Below are positions 10,899 to 23,747 of a stretch of DNA of 64,000 nucleotides, piece by piece. The first letter of the stretch is position 1. Every line of letters starts with the position of its first letter. The DNA is taken from positions 12,400,001-12,464,000 of the forward strand of contig OZ249444.1 of NCBI GenBank assembly GCA_965235115.1, in the 5' to 3' direction. Source of the stretch: Laetmonice hystrix (taxonomy: Eukaryota). The position numbers and the translations under genes were made by a program. The notes under the pieces are model-generated. The model was given only the letters and a program-made list of their open reading frames with translations, ran no database searches and had not been told where the DNA came from.

Positions 10899-11062
10899 CA
10901 GTGACTGGTTCCAGGGGGGAAAGGCCCCCCCTTAGATTTTGGGAATATTATCACAGCATAGCGTCCATTCTATATGCCCCTCTTATCAAAATCCTGGGCT
11001 GCGCGGTGTTCTTAGGTCTATATTTTTTCCCAAGTGCGCCCCCCCCCTGGATCCCACCTCTG
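10899..11062. mobile_element. Short GGATCC-type MITE (CAGTG..TTCCAGGGGGG ... CCCCCCTGGATCCCACCTCTG)
   Basis: Imperfect TIRs with G/C runs. A similar fragment (TGGCGGATCCACAGGGG) lies at about 2420. Confidence 0.45.
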
Positions 11063-11189
11063 TATGTAGGCCTAACCCAGACCTATAGACCATTAAATTC
11101 CTGCAAAGATATCAGCCAAGGCCACACCTCTATCTGAGAGACTCGTGATCTTCAAGCCCATTAACGCTGAGGGTGTGGTGACCATCGAA

Positions 11190-11900
11190 GACTGCCAATG
11201 ATGATCACACGCCGCGTTCAAAGTTGGCGCCACGCACATGTCCTCCCGCCGTGCCGCGCCCATTTTCTGCTCCTCACGCGCAGCTCTCCGCGCAGCTTCC
11301 TTCCAATGTTAATGGGCGATGAGACGGGGCCGTGGAAGTTCGGATGTTACGGCACAAATTACTCGCCCTGGAATGCATACCCAATCTGGAGTTACCTTAT
11401 CTGGAGTTCCCAAATAGTGGATTATGCTTTAGCCGAGATACAGTGCAGGTGCGGAAGTAAGTAGCAGAGTGTTCTCGGACGCTGGCTCTCATGGAATTTG
11501 ACCCGCAAGATGTTCGATTCGTCGATAAGACGGGGAGCTGGCCGCCGCGTGAGGGGGCTTCGGTACCGTTAGCTTTTGCCATCCTTCGTTCGCTGCACTG
11601 CCTTTTCTACCCTTCTGAGGCCATGGATTTTTCTGTTTTAGGGTGATCGAGTGCTGTAAAAGATGGCAGAGGACGACGTACTGTTTGATGATGTCTACGA
11701 GCTGTGCGAAGTAATTGGAAAGTGAGTGGCGTTGATTCAGTACCGTAGTAGTAGTAGCGTCGCTGTTGAACCAGAGCACGGGGCCGTCGGTGTGGCCGCG
11801 GCGGCCGTGTGCCTGGCGCTAGGCGGTGGGAAGGGACACTGCGGTCGCCCCCGGGCACGCCCTCCCCGAGCAGATTCTGTCCCCAACATGTGCATGCATG
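11190..11900 (+). promoter_or_regulatory. CpG-rich promoter/first-exon region of CASK
   Basis: Locally high GC and CpG density surrounds the CASK start codon at 11663. Confidence 0.55.
11663..11721 (+). CDS. CASK: CASK (peripheral plasma membrane protein CASK / lin-2 / camguk) coding exon 1, [19 protein letters not shown](K)
   Basis: Near-identical to the vertebrate CASK N-terminus [20 protein letters not shown]. 59 nt, donor AA|gtgagt (phase 2). Confidence 0.96.
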
Positions 11901-13020
11901 CACTGTCTCATATGGCGTCACCTCAACACGCCAGTATTGAAGCCAAGAATGCCACATCTTTCTTGCAGTCCACACTTGTTTTCTAGACCTGGCCTCAGAG
12001 TCTGCGGCTGTAGGGGGGCTATGGGAGGGGGGGGGGGAGATAATCGCACATTAATTATGGCAGTCGGGTGCCGGTGAACATCCAGGCTCAAATGTAAAGA
12101 TGATAGATTTGATAGCAGCAGTGGTCTGTAGTGGCCGTGTGACAGATAATAAAGTAAGTCACACTATATGTAGGCCTACTATTGGTAATGTCGCCATTTA
12201 AATTGGTGACATCCCCAATAGCAGATATGAAGCAGGAGCCAACATTGTAGACTGTTCTATCAGGCCAGCAGGACTTCAATTTTAATTCATCTATCGAATA
12301 TTCTGCAGTCACATGTAGAAGTCCTTGTATCAGTCCTAATACAACATGTGCTCTTAGTGACAGGGTCCATATATTGCAATATTAAATTGGTTAAAGTGAA
12401 TATATGGCATGAAGGTACAAGGTCAAAAGGGGTTATGCTTTGATAATACCTTGGCTATGCCTTGCTATAGCCCCAGTGTATGGACACTTGGCCATATACA
12501 TGTAGTATGGACGCTATGCTATGATAATATTCCCAAAGGCATATTAATTATCATGTCACAACATAGTGTCGCCCTCACGCCAACTTGTAAGTTTAATACC
12601 AGACATCATCTGGGTCAGCAGAAAGATATGCTTGCCAAGAAGTTCAAATTGTAGTTTAGGCGAGTCTGCCTAATTATGCACACCTGAACTCTTTAAAGGG
12701 GAATGCCTGTAATACTTACACTAAACTTTGCACTATAGTATAGAGAGGCAAGAAATAGCAAACACGATTTCCATATAATTTTGCTCATTAAAGATGCACT
12801 TTGAACAGGTAAGTGCATGTTTTTATTGGTTGTCAGTTAGAGTCCTCTTTACTTGTATCTTAAGAAAAGGTCTAACTTTTGACTATTAAAGTAAGTTGTG
12901 TAATCATTTATGTCATTATCATTGACATTGGGACGACTGTCAATTATGTCTTATAGATATCTTCTGGTTACAGGATACTAGTGGAGAATATATAAATTTC
13001 CCTTGCCATGGTAGATATGT

Positions 13021-13470
13021 ACGAAGCTGTATTAGGGCCATGGCAAAAAAAAATCACAAAAAAGTAACCCGTACGTACGACTTAGTAACCCGTACGTACG
13101 ACTTACTAACCCGTACGTACGACTTAGTAACCCGTACGTACGACTTACTAACTCGTACGTACGGGTTACTAAAAGTCGTACGTACAGGTTACTAAGTCGT
13201 ACGTACGGGTTAGACTTTTTTCACAGTGAACACAAAGAGTCGTACGTACGACTTTTAGTAACCCGTACGTAGTGGTTAGTAAGTCGTACGTACGGGTTAG
13301 TAAGTCGTATGTATGGGTTACTAAGTCGTACGTACGGGTTACTAGGTCGTACATACGGGTTACTAAGTCGTACGTACGGGTTAGAAAGTCGTACGTACGG
13401 GTTACTAAGTCGTACGTACGGGTTAGACTTTTTTGTGATTTTTTTTGCCATGGCCCTAATACAGCTTCGT
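13021..13470. mobile_element. Foldback-type MITE with long TIRs and an internal 22-bp tandem repeat (AACCCGTACGTACGACTTAGT)
   Basis: TIR ACGAAGCTGTATTAGGGCCATGGCAAAAAAA(A)ATCACAAAAA is present at both ends. Direct repeat AGATATGT at 13013-13020 and 13471-13478 (8-bp TSD; 6 or 10 bp are equally possible because of overlap). Confidence 0.9.
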
Positions 13471-15275
13471 AGATATGTAATATGACAAAAGTTAAAAGTT
13501 AAAATATAGATCTACAACAGCGTGTGAATTTGCCACCAATGAGAAAAGTATGCCATGTTATTAGTTCTTTGGTCCTTTTAAAATATACCCCGTCCTCAGC
13601 TCTGATCTGCCAATGGAATCACCAAAGTGCATGTGTTTATACGGGACAGCTCCATACTGACTCCTCAGTGCAACTTTTCACAGCCAACTAGGCCTAGACT
13701 AAAATAAGTACATGAATCGTGTGCTGGGCAAGGTAAATGCTGATAGACTATCAGTGGTTGGATTAGAGCAATGTGTCAAATTAGTTGGCAGTCTGCTTGC
13801 ATCCTGCCTGGAATATCTCACCTATAGCCGTTTACACTTGGTACACCTGTCGCGAATTCTGTTTACTTTAGGCTGATAATTGACACCAGAAAGCAAAGGT
13901 CAGCTGCGTTTCTGAAGACACCATTGTAAAATACGGGAGGTTCAATTTGAGAGTGAATTTGAAAAGCCTGAGCAGTTGACCGCCTTGATTGTTAGGAGAA
14001 AGCTGTGCGTCTGTTGAGGTCTGCGGGCTTGCAATGCTGAGACTCGGTGAGAAGTCTCACTCAACGCTCAGCAGGGACGGATGGCTGGTGTTCAACCAGA
14101 GGTGCGTTCAATATGTAAAACGTTATATAAGAGCCCCAGGCACGTTCAATGAAAACCACAATTGAGTCTTCCTATTGATGACACTCCTGTTTTTCCAGAG
14201 CTCCAGCACACAGCACGCCTTCTGGTGGGGACCCCCCCCCCCCCGGGCAAAATGGGCATTTTTGCCTAGGACTGTACTGGAAATAAATGGATGAACCATG
14301 TAGTTGACGTTTACATTTTTTTTAATAAAGGGGTTTTTATATTTCATTTTGGCTCAGGTATCCATTTTTGGGTCAGTTAGCCTGGGTGGCTGCATTGCAA
14401 AACTTTGAAACAGTTTTAGAGCAAACATGGCTTTGGAGTCATAATGGAAGAGAGAGGGGTGAGAGGTCAGCAGGCAGTTTATCTTCAATGATTGCTTGCA
14501 GAGGTCATGAGGCTGACATTGTGTTGACAACCACCTCACCTGTGGGTGCAGCCCTTGATACAGAGCTGTGCAGTACTCGAGTATGTTAGACAAGTAGGAA
14601 AACTTGATGGCGACTGATATAAAAAATGGTGACATATATTGGGGCAATACTTCAGTAAGATATGTACAATGTATATGAGTTTACCTGGACATAAATCTAC
14701 TTGTACTATTTAACTAACCATATGCTTGCAATGTCTTTCATGTTTTGGAATCATCAGATATAAAGAAAAGATATATCATGTTGACTTAATTAAGGTAAAG
14801 AGTCCTGCCTTAAGCAGGGCTAGTTTTTAGAGAGATTTCGTTTTTTAGTATGTACGTTGGTGTGTAAACATATTGGGTGTGCACAAAATTCGGAACGGAC
14901 TTTAGTCCACAGAAGATATGTCAGGCTAACTTTTTACAGGCTTGACGTTATTTTATAGAGCAGCATGATAAAAAAAAACGAACTGACCGGTATTAGGTTT
15001 CTCCCAGTGCATCATTAGCATCAGTCTATGAGAAAACATCCGAAATAGAACGTGAATTGTATGCATATAACTTGACTTGCTTGACCACTACCGTGTTGTA
15101 ACTCAGGAATCAGATCTGTGTACGTGTAGTAAAATAGTACACAGACCATGTGGGTAATCATCTGTGGAATGTACACCTGAGCAGGGCTGGTGGTTCATGA
15201 ATAGGAGAGTTAGTCAGCCCCCACCCACCCCACTCTGTGGGGGTCCGGCTGAGTGTGTGGAGAAAGGGAAAGGGA

Positions 15276-15648
15276 GGTAGAACTGGAAGGCTCTGATTCA
15301 CCAAGGAGAGACTTTCGATTCACGCAAACTCTGGTGTGTGCATTGAGACTTGTATACACGTGTGGTTCAGGGAGGTGATACTCATGGTCGCCATACACTG
15401 GTAGAACTGGAAGGCTCTGATTCACCAAGGAGAGACTTTCGATTCACGCAAACTCTGGTGTGTGCATTGAGACTTGTATACACGTGTGGTTCAGGGAGGT
15501 GATACTCATGGTCGTCATACACTGGTAGAACTGGAAGGCTATGATTCACCAAGGAGAGACTTTCGATTCACGCAAACTCTGGTGTGTGCATTGAGACTTG
15601 TATACACGTGTGGTTCAGGGAGGTGATACTCATGGTTGTCATACACTG
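15276..15648. repeat. Three tandem copies of a 124-bp unit
   Basis: GGTAGAACTGGAAGG starts at 15276, 15400 and 15524; the units are nearly identical. Confidence 0.95.
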
Positions 15649-18600
15649 CCCTGACCGCACTCCGTATAATTGACTATCTCCATACACCTCTCATGAATAA
15701 TGCACATATGAAGATAGAAATTTTAAGAAGAGAAATGAATGACCGCTTCCACCTGCAGTCATTTAGGAATCATGGTAGAGAACTGGCATACAAGAGTAGG
15801 ACTGGATTGGGTGGACAGTGGACAATAGACCCAAAGTGGACCCACCTGTATTTTATTGCCCCCCCGGCGTGGGAACCCGGGAAACGGGTCCATTGTACCA
15901 CAGTTGTTGTGTTTTAAGATATTTGTTGACATGAAGACCGCCTTGGTTTCCAGACATATCAACCCGCCTCCAACATTCCCCATTGTAGGCCTATACTACT
16001 AGCCACGGTTTTATTGCAGATAATTAAAATATAATATCAAAGAATACCTTTGACTACACTTCTACATACGTTCCCGTAGTTGACCTTCAGGTTTTAAGAA
16101 GCGGGGCAAATCATGCTTAAACTTGGAGGGGTTAGGGTGTGAATTAAAACCATGTGCACAGGTTTATCCATCTTAGCACCCGGTGGGGATACATGGAAGG
16201 TAGGGTAAGGTGGCGGGGTTCTTACGAGGAAGGCAGAACTGGGTCAGGAGGTCAGGGGGCGGGGAGGGGCCAGGTTGACTGACATTGTTGAGAAGTGTTG
16301 CAGACTGGTTGTGTGTGTATGCCCGCCTGCCTGCCGGTGTCGCAGTCTGTACCTTCCTTGAAAGTATCAGTACGTCCATCGTCAATGAACTTTAACTTCG
16401 GTTTTTGACCGTGTTGTGTATTATTTTCCTGAATAAAGATGTTCACACACAAAAAAAGCACAGTACAGCGGAAGGCACAGACCAGGACACCGGGCATCGT
16501 TCGTTTGGCAGTGGGTTCGTGGGTAGACGGTCCAGCACGGCTGGGACACCTTGACATGGACTAGGGTCGCCTGCTAGTTTTTGACCTTGATGTGAAGATG
16601 GAGGTCAGGACACATAGCTCATGGTTAAATAAATAAATGGGGGGGGGGGGCTAAAGAAACAACCCCCCCCCCCAAGGTTTCCCGCAGGCCCGTTTGGGGG
16701 TTATTTCCCCCCCCCCCCCATGATAACTTCCCCACAATTTTTTTGGGCAGGGGTTCGGGTTAAGGTCAGGGATAGGGATAGGGTAGGGATATGTTTCTGG
16801 GAGGTGTAGGCATCGGGGTTAGCGATAAGGTCAGGGCTTCGGATCTTTACTTTAGACCAAATTTCGTTATTGCGTTAAGGTGAGACCTTTCCATGACAAG
16901 ATGCGGGTATAAATTAACTTCTCATTGTTTTTTTTCTATGGCAGGCAGGCATGGAATAAGAAGGTCATGTATTTGAGATAATCTTGGTTGACTGGCGTCG
17001 GTCGCACTTAGCGCCATCTAACGGCTGGTCTCGCCCACCCCGTATAATTCAGTGTAGCTAAATACAAGTACGTGATAAATATGAATCATAATCCGCCCTG
17101 TACCCTGTCCATCTTCTCTCCCCCATCAAGCTAGTGCACCTCGCGGGGCGGGGGGAACCAATCAATGAGTGTTCAATATTAGCTGCTTCAGACAGCTGTA
17201 CAGTCTGGGTTTCAGTCTTCCGTTTGGTGGAGGTTCCAAGTCTCCCGGAGTGTTCCAAGGCTCCCGGAGTGTTCCAAGGCTCCCCGACTAAAATCATTAT
17301 GAGCACCTATCAGCCTCCAAGTGATGTCCCTGTGAATCTGAAAGGATTTTCTTGTCGGCTAAAACGTGGCCAAGTCTCCACTAATGGGGCAAATGGAGGC
17401 GGGGCACCTGCAGATCATCAGCAGGGATCAAAATGAAGAAGTTTGGTAGCTTTATAACCCACCCGCATTATAACCAGGGTTAAATAGGAACTCTGGGAGG
17501 CGTCTATATGACTTTCATATATTCTTGAAAAATTTGACTATTTTGGATAATAAACATTTTAGTTACACGCGTGGAAACTGAATTGCATGGGGAGTTCTTT
17601 CTTTCTGACAGTTAAGTAGAATCTTTGTAATAATGTTTTGTTATTGATTCGTTTTGATAATTACGCTATAGTAAAGTTTTGAAGGGGTGGAGAGGCCAGG
17701 CGGTGGGATTTAACCTTAAAGTTGTGTAGAAATGCTTAGTTTGTGATGGAACCCTCCTTACTCGAGCAATATAACACAGTACTTCCACTGGCGTGATCGG
17801 TATGGTGCCTGGTTTCAGCATGGAGTAGCACTTGGATATGATTTATTTGTTAGCTTAGCCTTTTTATTTATTTCCTCACTTGTTGCTGAGCGCCTGCGCT
17901 ACCTGGCCTGTCTCGCCTGTCGAAGGCACATCTTTTTGAGCATACTTTTTATATTCCTGGAGTAACTTCGCACAGGGAATGCTAACAGGTGTTTCTTAAA
18001 TTTTCCCTTGTAGTTTTAAGTCACCTAAGTGTTTGACTTTGTGAGGAGATGAAAATAGAAATGTACATAACATTTCGAAGTTTTGGAACAGGTTGAAGAT
18101 TCAATATTAGCAGCTTGATACTGTTCTGTTCCAAATCTATTCAGAGTACTGTAACCAATCCCCTCAACGAAGTTACACGCTATTAACTTAGAAAAAGTTT
18201 TCTAAGTTCTGTAAATAGGCTTGTGAACATTAATTATCAGAAAAGGAAACATTTACACAAGGCAGTAAGCCATGCTTTCTCCTGTAGAGAGTGCTTGCTA
18301 ACATGGGGCTGTATAAATTTACATACCTGTAGAGGTAGAAAACTGGCAAAACCCTCTTAACACTTTTCCTGAGTGGATTCATTTTATCCGTCCCTAAAAG
18401 TAAGCCTTCCCTTACACGTCGTTTATAGGAATACAGGCCTCCAGTAGAACTAAACAAATCGACTCATTGAGTTTCAAATCTTGAGCATTTCGATTTTGGC
18501 TGTTTTCGTGTTTTCCACGTTAATGGTTTTCTAAACTTAAAGGTGTAACGGCTCTTGAAAATGCTTCTTGAGAGAAAGAGTATTGTGTGGAATTACAATC

Positions 18601-18865
18601 ACATTATCACAAATAATAATTTTTAATTCAAAATAAATTGCAGGGGATGAAGTAATGAAGAAAAGAATAAACATAATTTCAAAAGGCATATTTCTGAAGT
18701 AAATTTGATTATTGATAAATGACCCTGTTTTGTAAGTTTACTGGAACTACCAGCATTGAAGGGACCAAAAAAAAACCAAAATGGACCAAACGTTGCCGTA
18801 CCAACAGGAGCCGTGACCGTAGTGTCACCAGGCGAACACGGAGACCACCCATCACCATCACGTAG

Positions 18866-18883
18866 CAGCCACTAGGGGGCGTT
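18866..18883 (+). promoter_or_regulatory. Strong CTCF-like motif CAGCCACTAGGGGGCGTT in CASK intron 1
   Basis: Matches the CCRSYAGRKGGCR consensus without mismatch; binding is not shown. Confidence 0.4.
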
Positions 18884-18989
18884 GTTAGCGGTGTCTGGGG
18901 TGTAGACTGTCCTCAGTGACTGACAACGAGTGGTTGACTGCTAACCCCTCCTCCCGATCATCGCCCCCATGGGACAGCTCTGACACCGA

Positions 18990-19440
18990 CGGGTTGGTTG
19001 ATGTAGCCTGACCCAGATAGAAGGCCCTGAGATACAACCAAAGAGGCCAGGTGTTGGATGATGTTTTGACATAGTCTAGACGGTGTTCTCCTACCCCTAT
19101 ACCTATTTCTACATAACCACTGGGCCAAGGGAAAGCTAGGTCCTGTCACAAACGGTCCCCAGTCACCGTTGGAATGTTAGAGCGATGTAGGTAGACTGGT
19201 GGTACATGTTGTAGCTGTTGTACATAAGTGAGCGAGGAGGGTGGATGGGTGCAAGGGGGGTGAATAAACACTCTTTAAGTTTAACCAATAGTGACTGACC
19301 AGGTGAAACGGAATGAGATGGAGCCAGAGGAATCTTACGAAAGTGGATGCAGTATTCAATGCTGCGACTGCGAAATGAGGCCGTGACCTCGTAAGTAAGG
19401 TCAAGCCAGGTCAGGTCAGATGAGGTCAAGTCGGAGATCA
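18990..19440 (+). mobile_element. Possible decayed RTE-like LINE 3' end
   Basis: Ends in a GTAAGTAAG/GTCAAG/GTCAG short-repeat tail. Protein similarity is weak and fragmentary. Confidence 0.2.
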
Positions 19441-19587
19441 ACTGCTAAGAGCACACCCAGTCGATCTGATTGTTACCTGATAGCAGGGTTTGGTAGACAT
19501 CTTGTACATCCTGGCACGTCTGGTGTGCTCCATGTAGAACGTTTTGTCGGTTCATATTTTACCTAAGGATTAAGGATGAAGTGAATA

Positions 19588-20039
19588 CCGTAATCTTCCG
19601 TGTACAAGCCGCGGCCCTGTATAAGTCACAGCAAAGTTGGACCCAACCGTCAACCCTATGAAACATGTGTGCTGATACGTGTATCAGCTAGGTGCTTCAC
19701 CAGCCTGGCCATAGTGTGAAAACTCACTGTCCAGACGCCAGTGTCACCATCACCTCCCATTGTTGCTTTCCCTGGGCATTGAAAACAATAGGATACACCT
19801 TTATTTTGGGAATCGATCCTAATATTGACAGGTAAAACAATAGGTGTTAAAGGGAACACCGCAGCTTTTGGTATATAGCAGGCCAGTTCCCACCGGGAAC
19901 CTAGGGACCTCTAGAGGGATAATATCCTCAACTATCTTAGAGGCCGTCCTCAAACATATGTGGCCATCTATAAGCCGCACCCCCAAATTATGAATAGTTT
20001 GAGGGGGGAAAAGTGCGGCTTGTACACGGAAGATTACGG
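19588..20039. mobile_element. Tc1/mariner (pogo/Tigger-like) MITE
   Basis: Perfect 25-bp TIR CCGTAATCTTCCGTGTACAAGCCGC, flanked by TA at 19586-19587 and 20040-20041. Confidence 0.9.
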
Positions 20040-21154
20040 TACGTTTAGAGATTAAAATCTTTGGCAGTATCTAGATGTGTATTTCCGGTGTTTAAACTCG
20101 TGAATGCTGTAATAAACCCGGGAATCTGACATTGATTTTCTACTTGAAATGATTTAGATCGATACAGTACATGCCGTACAGTGTAAAGCCATTATCATGG
20201 AATGGAACTTCCATATCTTTGACATCACGATAGTAGTTTTTGCCATTTCATTCACTGCGTCACTCCTTTGAATTTGGTGGTGTGCAGTAACGTGGTTTCT
20301 CAATGGACAAGATTCAAAATAAAATGCAATTTGGATGAATGAAATTCTCTTGTTGTTAGTGTTCAAATAGATGTAGATTAAAAGATTAAGGCCAAATATT
20401 ATTAGATTTGGATAGATCCCTGCCTGATGCGTTATTGTTTCTGAACGAATTATGATATCAGTTGAGCCAGAGATTCTGTGTCAGTTTATCTGTGAGAAAT
20501 CAGCTGAATCACTCTGTAGTCAGAATTGACAGATAGCTTCAAGTGAAAAAGTAAATTAGGTTAGCGTGACCCAGTTAGTGACTTGATGGCAATGGGGGAA
20601 CAACTATACATGTACGAGAAATTTTATGCGTTGAATAGATTGAATCGTGGACAAATCGTTATGTGGCAGTTAATTGGTTCAGGGGATTGTAGTGAGGAAG
20701 CCATTTGTTGAGCAAACAAGTGACCAGAATAATTTATCCCTGCCCAGATCGATAGTTGGGTTATCCACGGCCATGACTGTGGTGACCTAGACTTTAGTGC
20801 CTCTGAATGTTGGTTATTGCTCGGGTCAAGGATTCTTGCTGGGGAGGGGGTTGCAGTGAAGATGGCTCCACTAAATCATGTCAGATTTCGAAGTGTGTGT
20901 GTGTGTGGGGGGGGGGGGGTAACGGAAAGAAGTAAATTCACCCCGAGTATCAATTTGTAAAGCATGGGGAGACACAAAAATAACCTTTGAATATCGTCTT
21001 AAGTTAGAATTGGCTGATGTGTTGAAGTTATTGGCAGTATATCTCGTGGAAAACATCCCGGGGAATTTATACTGCGACTGTTGGACCAAGGACAGCGAGT
21101 CTGTACGAACGTGACCAGGCAGGATTAGAGTATAAAGTGTACACAGGCTTTGTG

Positions 21155-22770
21155 GCCATTGATGTGGCTACATTGAGGGTGGTTGGAGAGACAAAGGTTG
21201 ACATGACCACACTTAGTGATGAAGTCTGGGGGTTGATGTGGCTACATTGAGGGTGGTTGGAGAGACAAGGGTTGACATGACCACACTTATTGATGAAGTC
21301 TGGTCATTGTTGTGGCTACATTGAGGGTGGTTGGAGAGACAATGGTTGACATGACAACACTTATTGATGAAGTCTGGTCATTGATGTGGCTAAATTGAGG
21401 GTGGTTGGAGAGACAAGGGTTGGCATGACAACACTTATTGATGAAGTCTGGCCATTGATGTGGCTACATTGAGGGTGGTTGGAGAGACAAGGGTTGACAT
21501 GACAACATTGGGGGTGGTTGGAGAGACAAGGGTTGACATGACAACACTTATTGATGAAGTCTGGCCATTGATGTGGCTACATTGAGGGTGGTTGGAGAGA
21601 CAAGGGTTGACATGACAACATTGAGGGTGGTTGGAGAGACAAGGGTTGACATGACAACACTTAGTGATGAAGTCTGGCCATTGATGTGGCTACATTGAGG
21701 GTGGTTGGAGAGACAAGGGTTGACATGACAACATTGAGGGTGGTTGGAGAGACAAGGGTTGACATGACAACACTTAGTGATGAAGTCTGGCCATTGATGT
21801 GGCTACATTGAGGGTGGTTGGAGAGACAAGGGTTGACATCACAACACTTATTGATGAAGTCTGACCATTGATGTGGCTACATTGAGGGTGGTTGGAGAGA
21901 CAAGGGTTGACATGACAACATTGAGGGTGGTTGGAGAGACAAGGGTTGACATGACAACACTTAGTGATGAAGTCTGGCCATTGATGTGGCTACATTGAGG
22001 GTGGTTGGAGAGACAAGGGTTGACATGACAACACTTAGTGATGAAGTCTGGGGGTTGATGTGGCTACATTGAGGGTGGTTGGAGAGACAAGGGTTGACAT
22101 GACAACACTTATTGATGAAGTCTGGCCATTGATGTGGCTACATTGAGGGTGGTTGGAGAGACAAGGGTTGACATGACAACACTTATTGATGAAGTCTGGC
22201 CATTGATGTGGCTACATTGAGGGTGGTTGGAGAGACAAGGGTTGACATGACAACACTTATTGATGAAGTCTGGCCATTGATGTGGCTACATTGAGGGTGG
22301 TTGGAGAGACAAGGGTTGACATGACAACATTGGGGGTGGTTGGAGAGACAAGGGTTGACATGACAACATTGAGGGTGGTTGGGAGAGACAAGGGTTGACA
22401 TGACAACACTTATTGATGAAGTCTGGCCATTGATGAGGCTACATTGAGGGTGGTTGGAGAGACAAGGGTTGACATGACAACATTGAGGGTGGTTGGAGAG
22501 ACAAGGGTTGACATGACAACACTTATTGATGAAGTCTAGCCATTGATGTGGCTACATTGAGGGTGGTCGGAGAGACCAGGGTTGACATGACAACACTTAT
22601 TGATGAAGTCTGGCCATTGATGAGGCTACATTGAGGGTGGTTGGAGAGACAAGGGTTGACATGACAACACTTATTGATGAAGTCTAGCCATTGATGTGGC
22701 TACATTGAGGGTGGTCGGAGAGACCAGGGTTGACATGACAACACTTATTGATGAAGTCTGGGGGTTGATG
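21155..22770. repeat. Composite minisatellite: 74-bp unit with optional extra 39-bp subunit (113-bp higher-order unit)
   Basis: Unit CATTGATGTGGCTACATTGAGGGTGGTTGGAGAGACAAGGGTTGACATGACAACACTTATTGATGAAGTCTGGC. Unit starts at 21451, 21564, 21677 and 21790 (113 apart), 21864 (74) and 21977 (113). Confidence 0.95.
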
Positions 22771-23733
22771 GGATGGCCAAGGCGTTACCATGGTGCTGAG
22801 ATGGACCCCCCTAGTGTTTTCTTGGAAGAAAAGGTCTTCATAAACAGGCAAGCGCTCTTTCGCAAGAGGGGCACAGATTTTCGAAGATAGAACCGTGAAT
22901 TTTCTTAGTTTCAGTGTGAACATTCTGTGGTTGACATTAGTTGATGGTTGAGTTTGGTTGCCAACCGCCTTACCATATTTGAACGATTTTCAAGTAGGAC
23001 TGCCTAAGAGAATTTCACGTTAACGTGCTAGGACGGTCCCTGCCCAAGTCAAGTTACACATCGCGTAAGATAACGTGTATAATTGTCCTAACGATAATGT
23101 AACATGGCTAGCGAGGGGAAACAAGGAAATCATTACCAATGGCTAGCGAGGGGAAACAAGGAAATCATGCTTTGCTAGAAAGTCTTGACAAATTTAGATG
23201 AACTTACTGAACATCGCAGTGACTGCCATTGAAGCGTGTTTAAATGCCATTGCGAGGTTGGGATAACGCTGAGTGGGTTTCCCATTAATTCTGTCACATT
23301 GCTGTGTGTTTGCCTGCAAACCAGGAGAAAGAAAATAGCATGCAATTTGGAAGGATTTGGGATTTTTATATGGCAAGGTGAGGGCTGAGAATCGCAGCTG
23401 TTTAATATTTTATACTCACTGTTATGGTGTAGTCCACATTTATTTTTCACGCAGCAGCTTACAAATTCGATTGAAATATTATCATGTTGGGTACAGTGTA
23501 AAGAGATAGTGTCTTAGTACGTAGTCGTAATGAGATTTGTAGATCGTGAAGATATTTCTGGCTTGATCTAATTGTCGTTAGGATGATGGTTCTTAGATGA
23601 TGGTCCTTGGATTTTGAAGGTTCGGGTTGAACCCCCCCCCCACCCCTTCTTTTTCGTCCCTGAATCCAGTGGCCTCCTACGTATTAGTGTACGATGTGTT
23701 GTCATAGTTATGGTTAACAAGTAACTGGTCTCT

Positions 23734-23747
23734 GTTACCATGACAAC
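23734..23747. promoter_or_regulatory. RFX X-box GTTACCATGACAAC
   Basis: Matches GTHNYY-AT-RRNAAC. Confidence 0.4.

Noticed and set aside
13169-13472. ORFs (TRTYDL)n, (NPYVRLS)n, (KSYVRV)n
   Set aside because: They are translations of the foldback element's tandem repeat.
21155-22770. CRISPR array or C/D snoRNA cluster (TGATGA...CTG motifs)
   Set aside because: There are no unique spacers and the context is eukaryotic. The units are simple tandem copies without C/D terminal stems.
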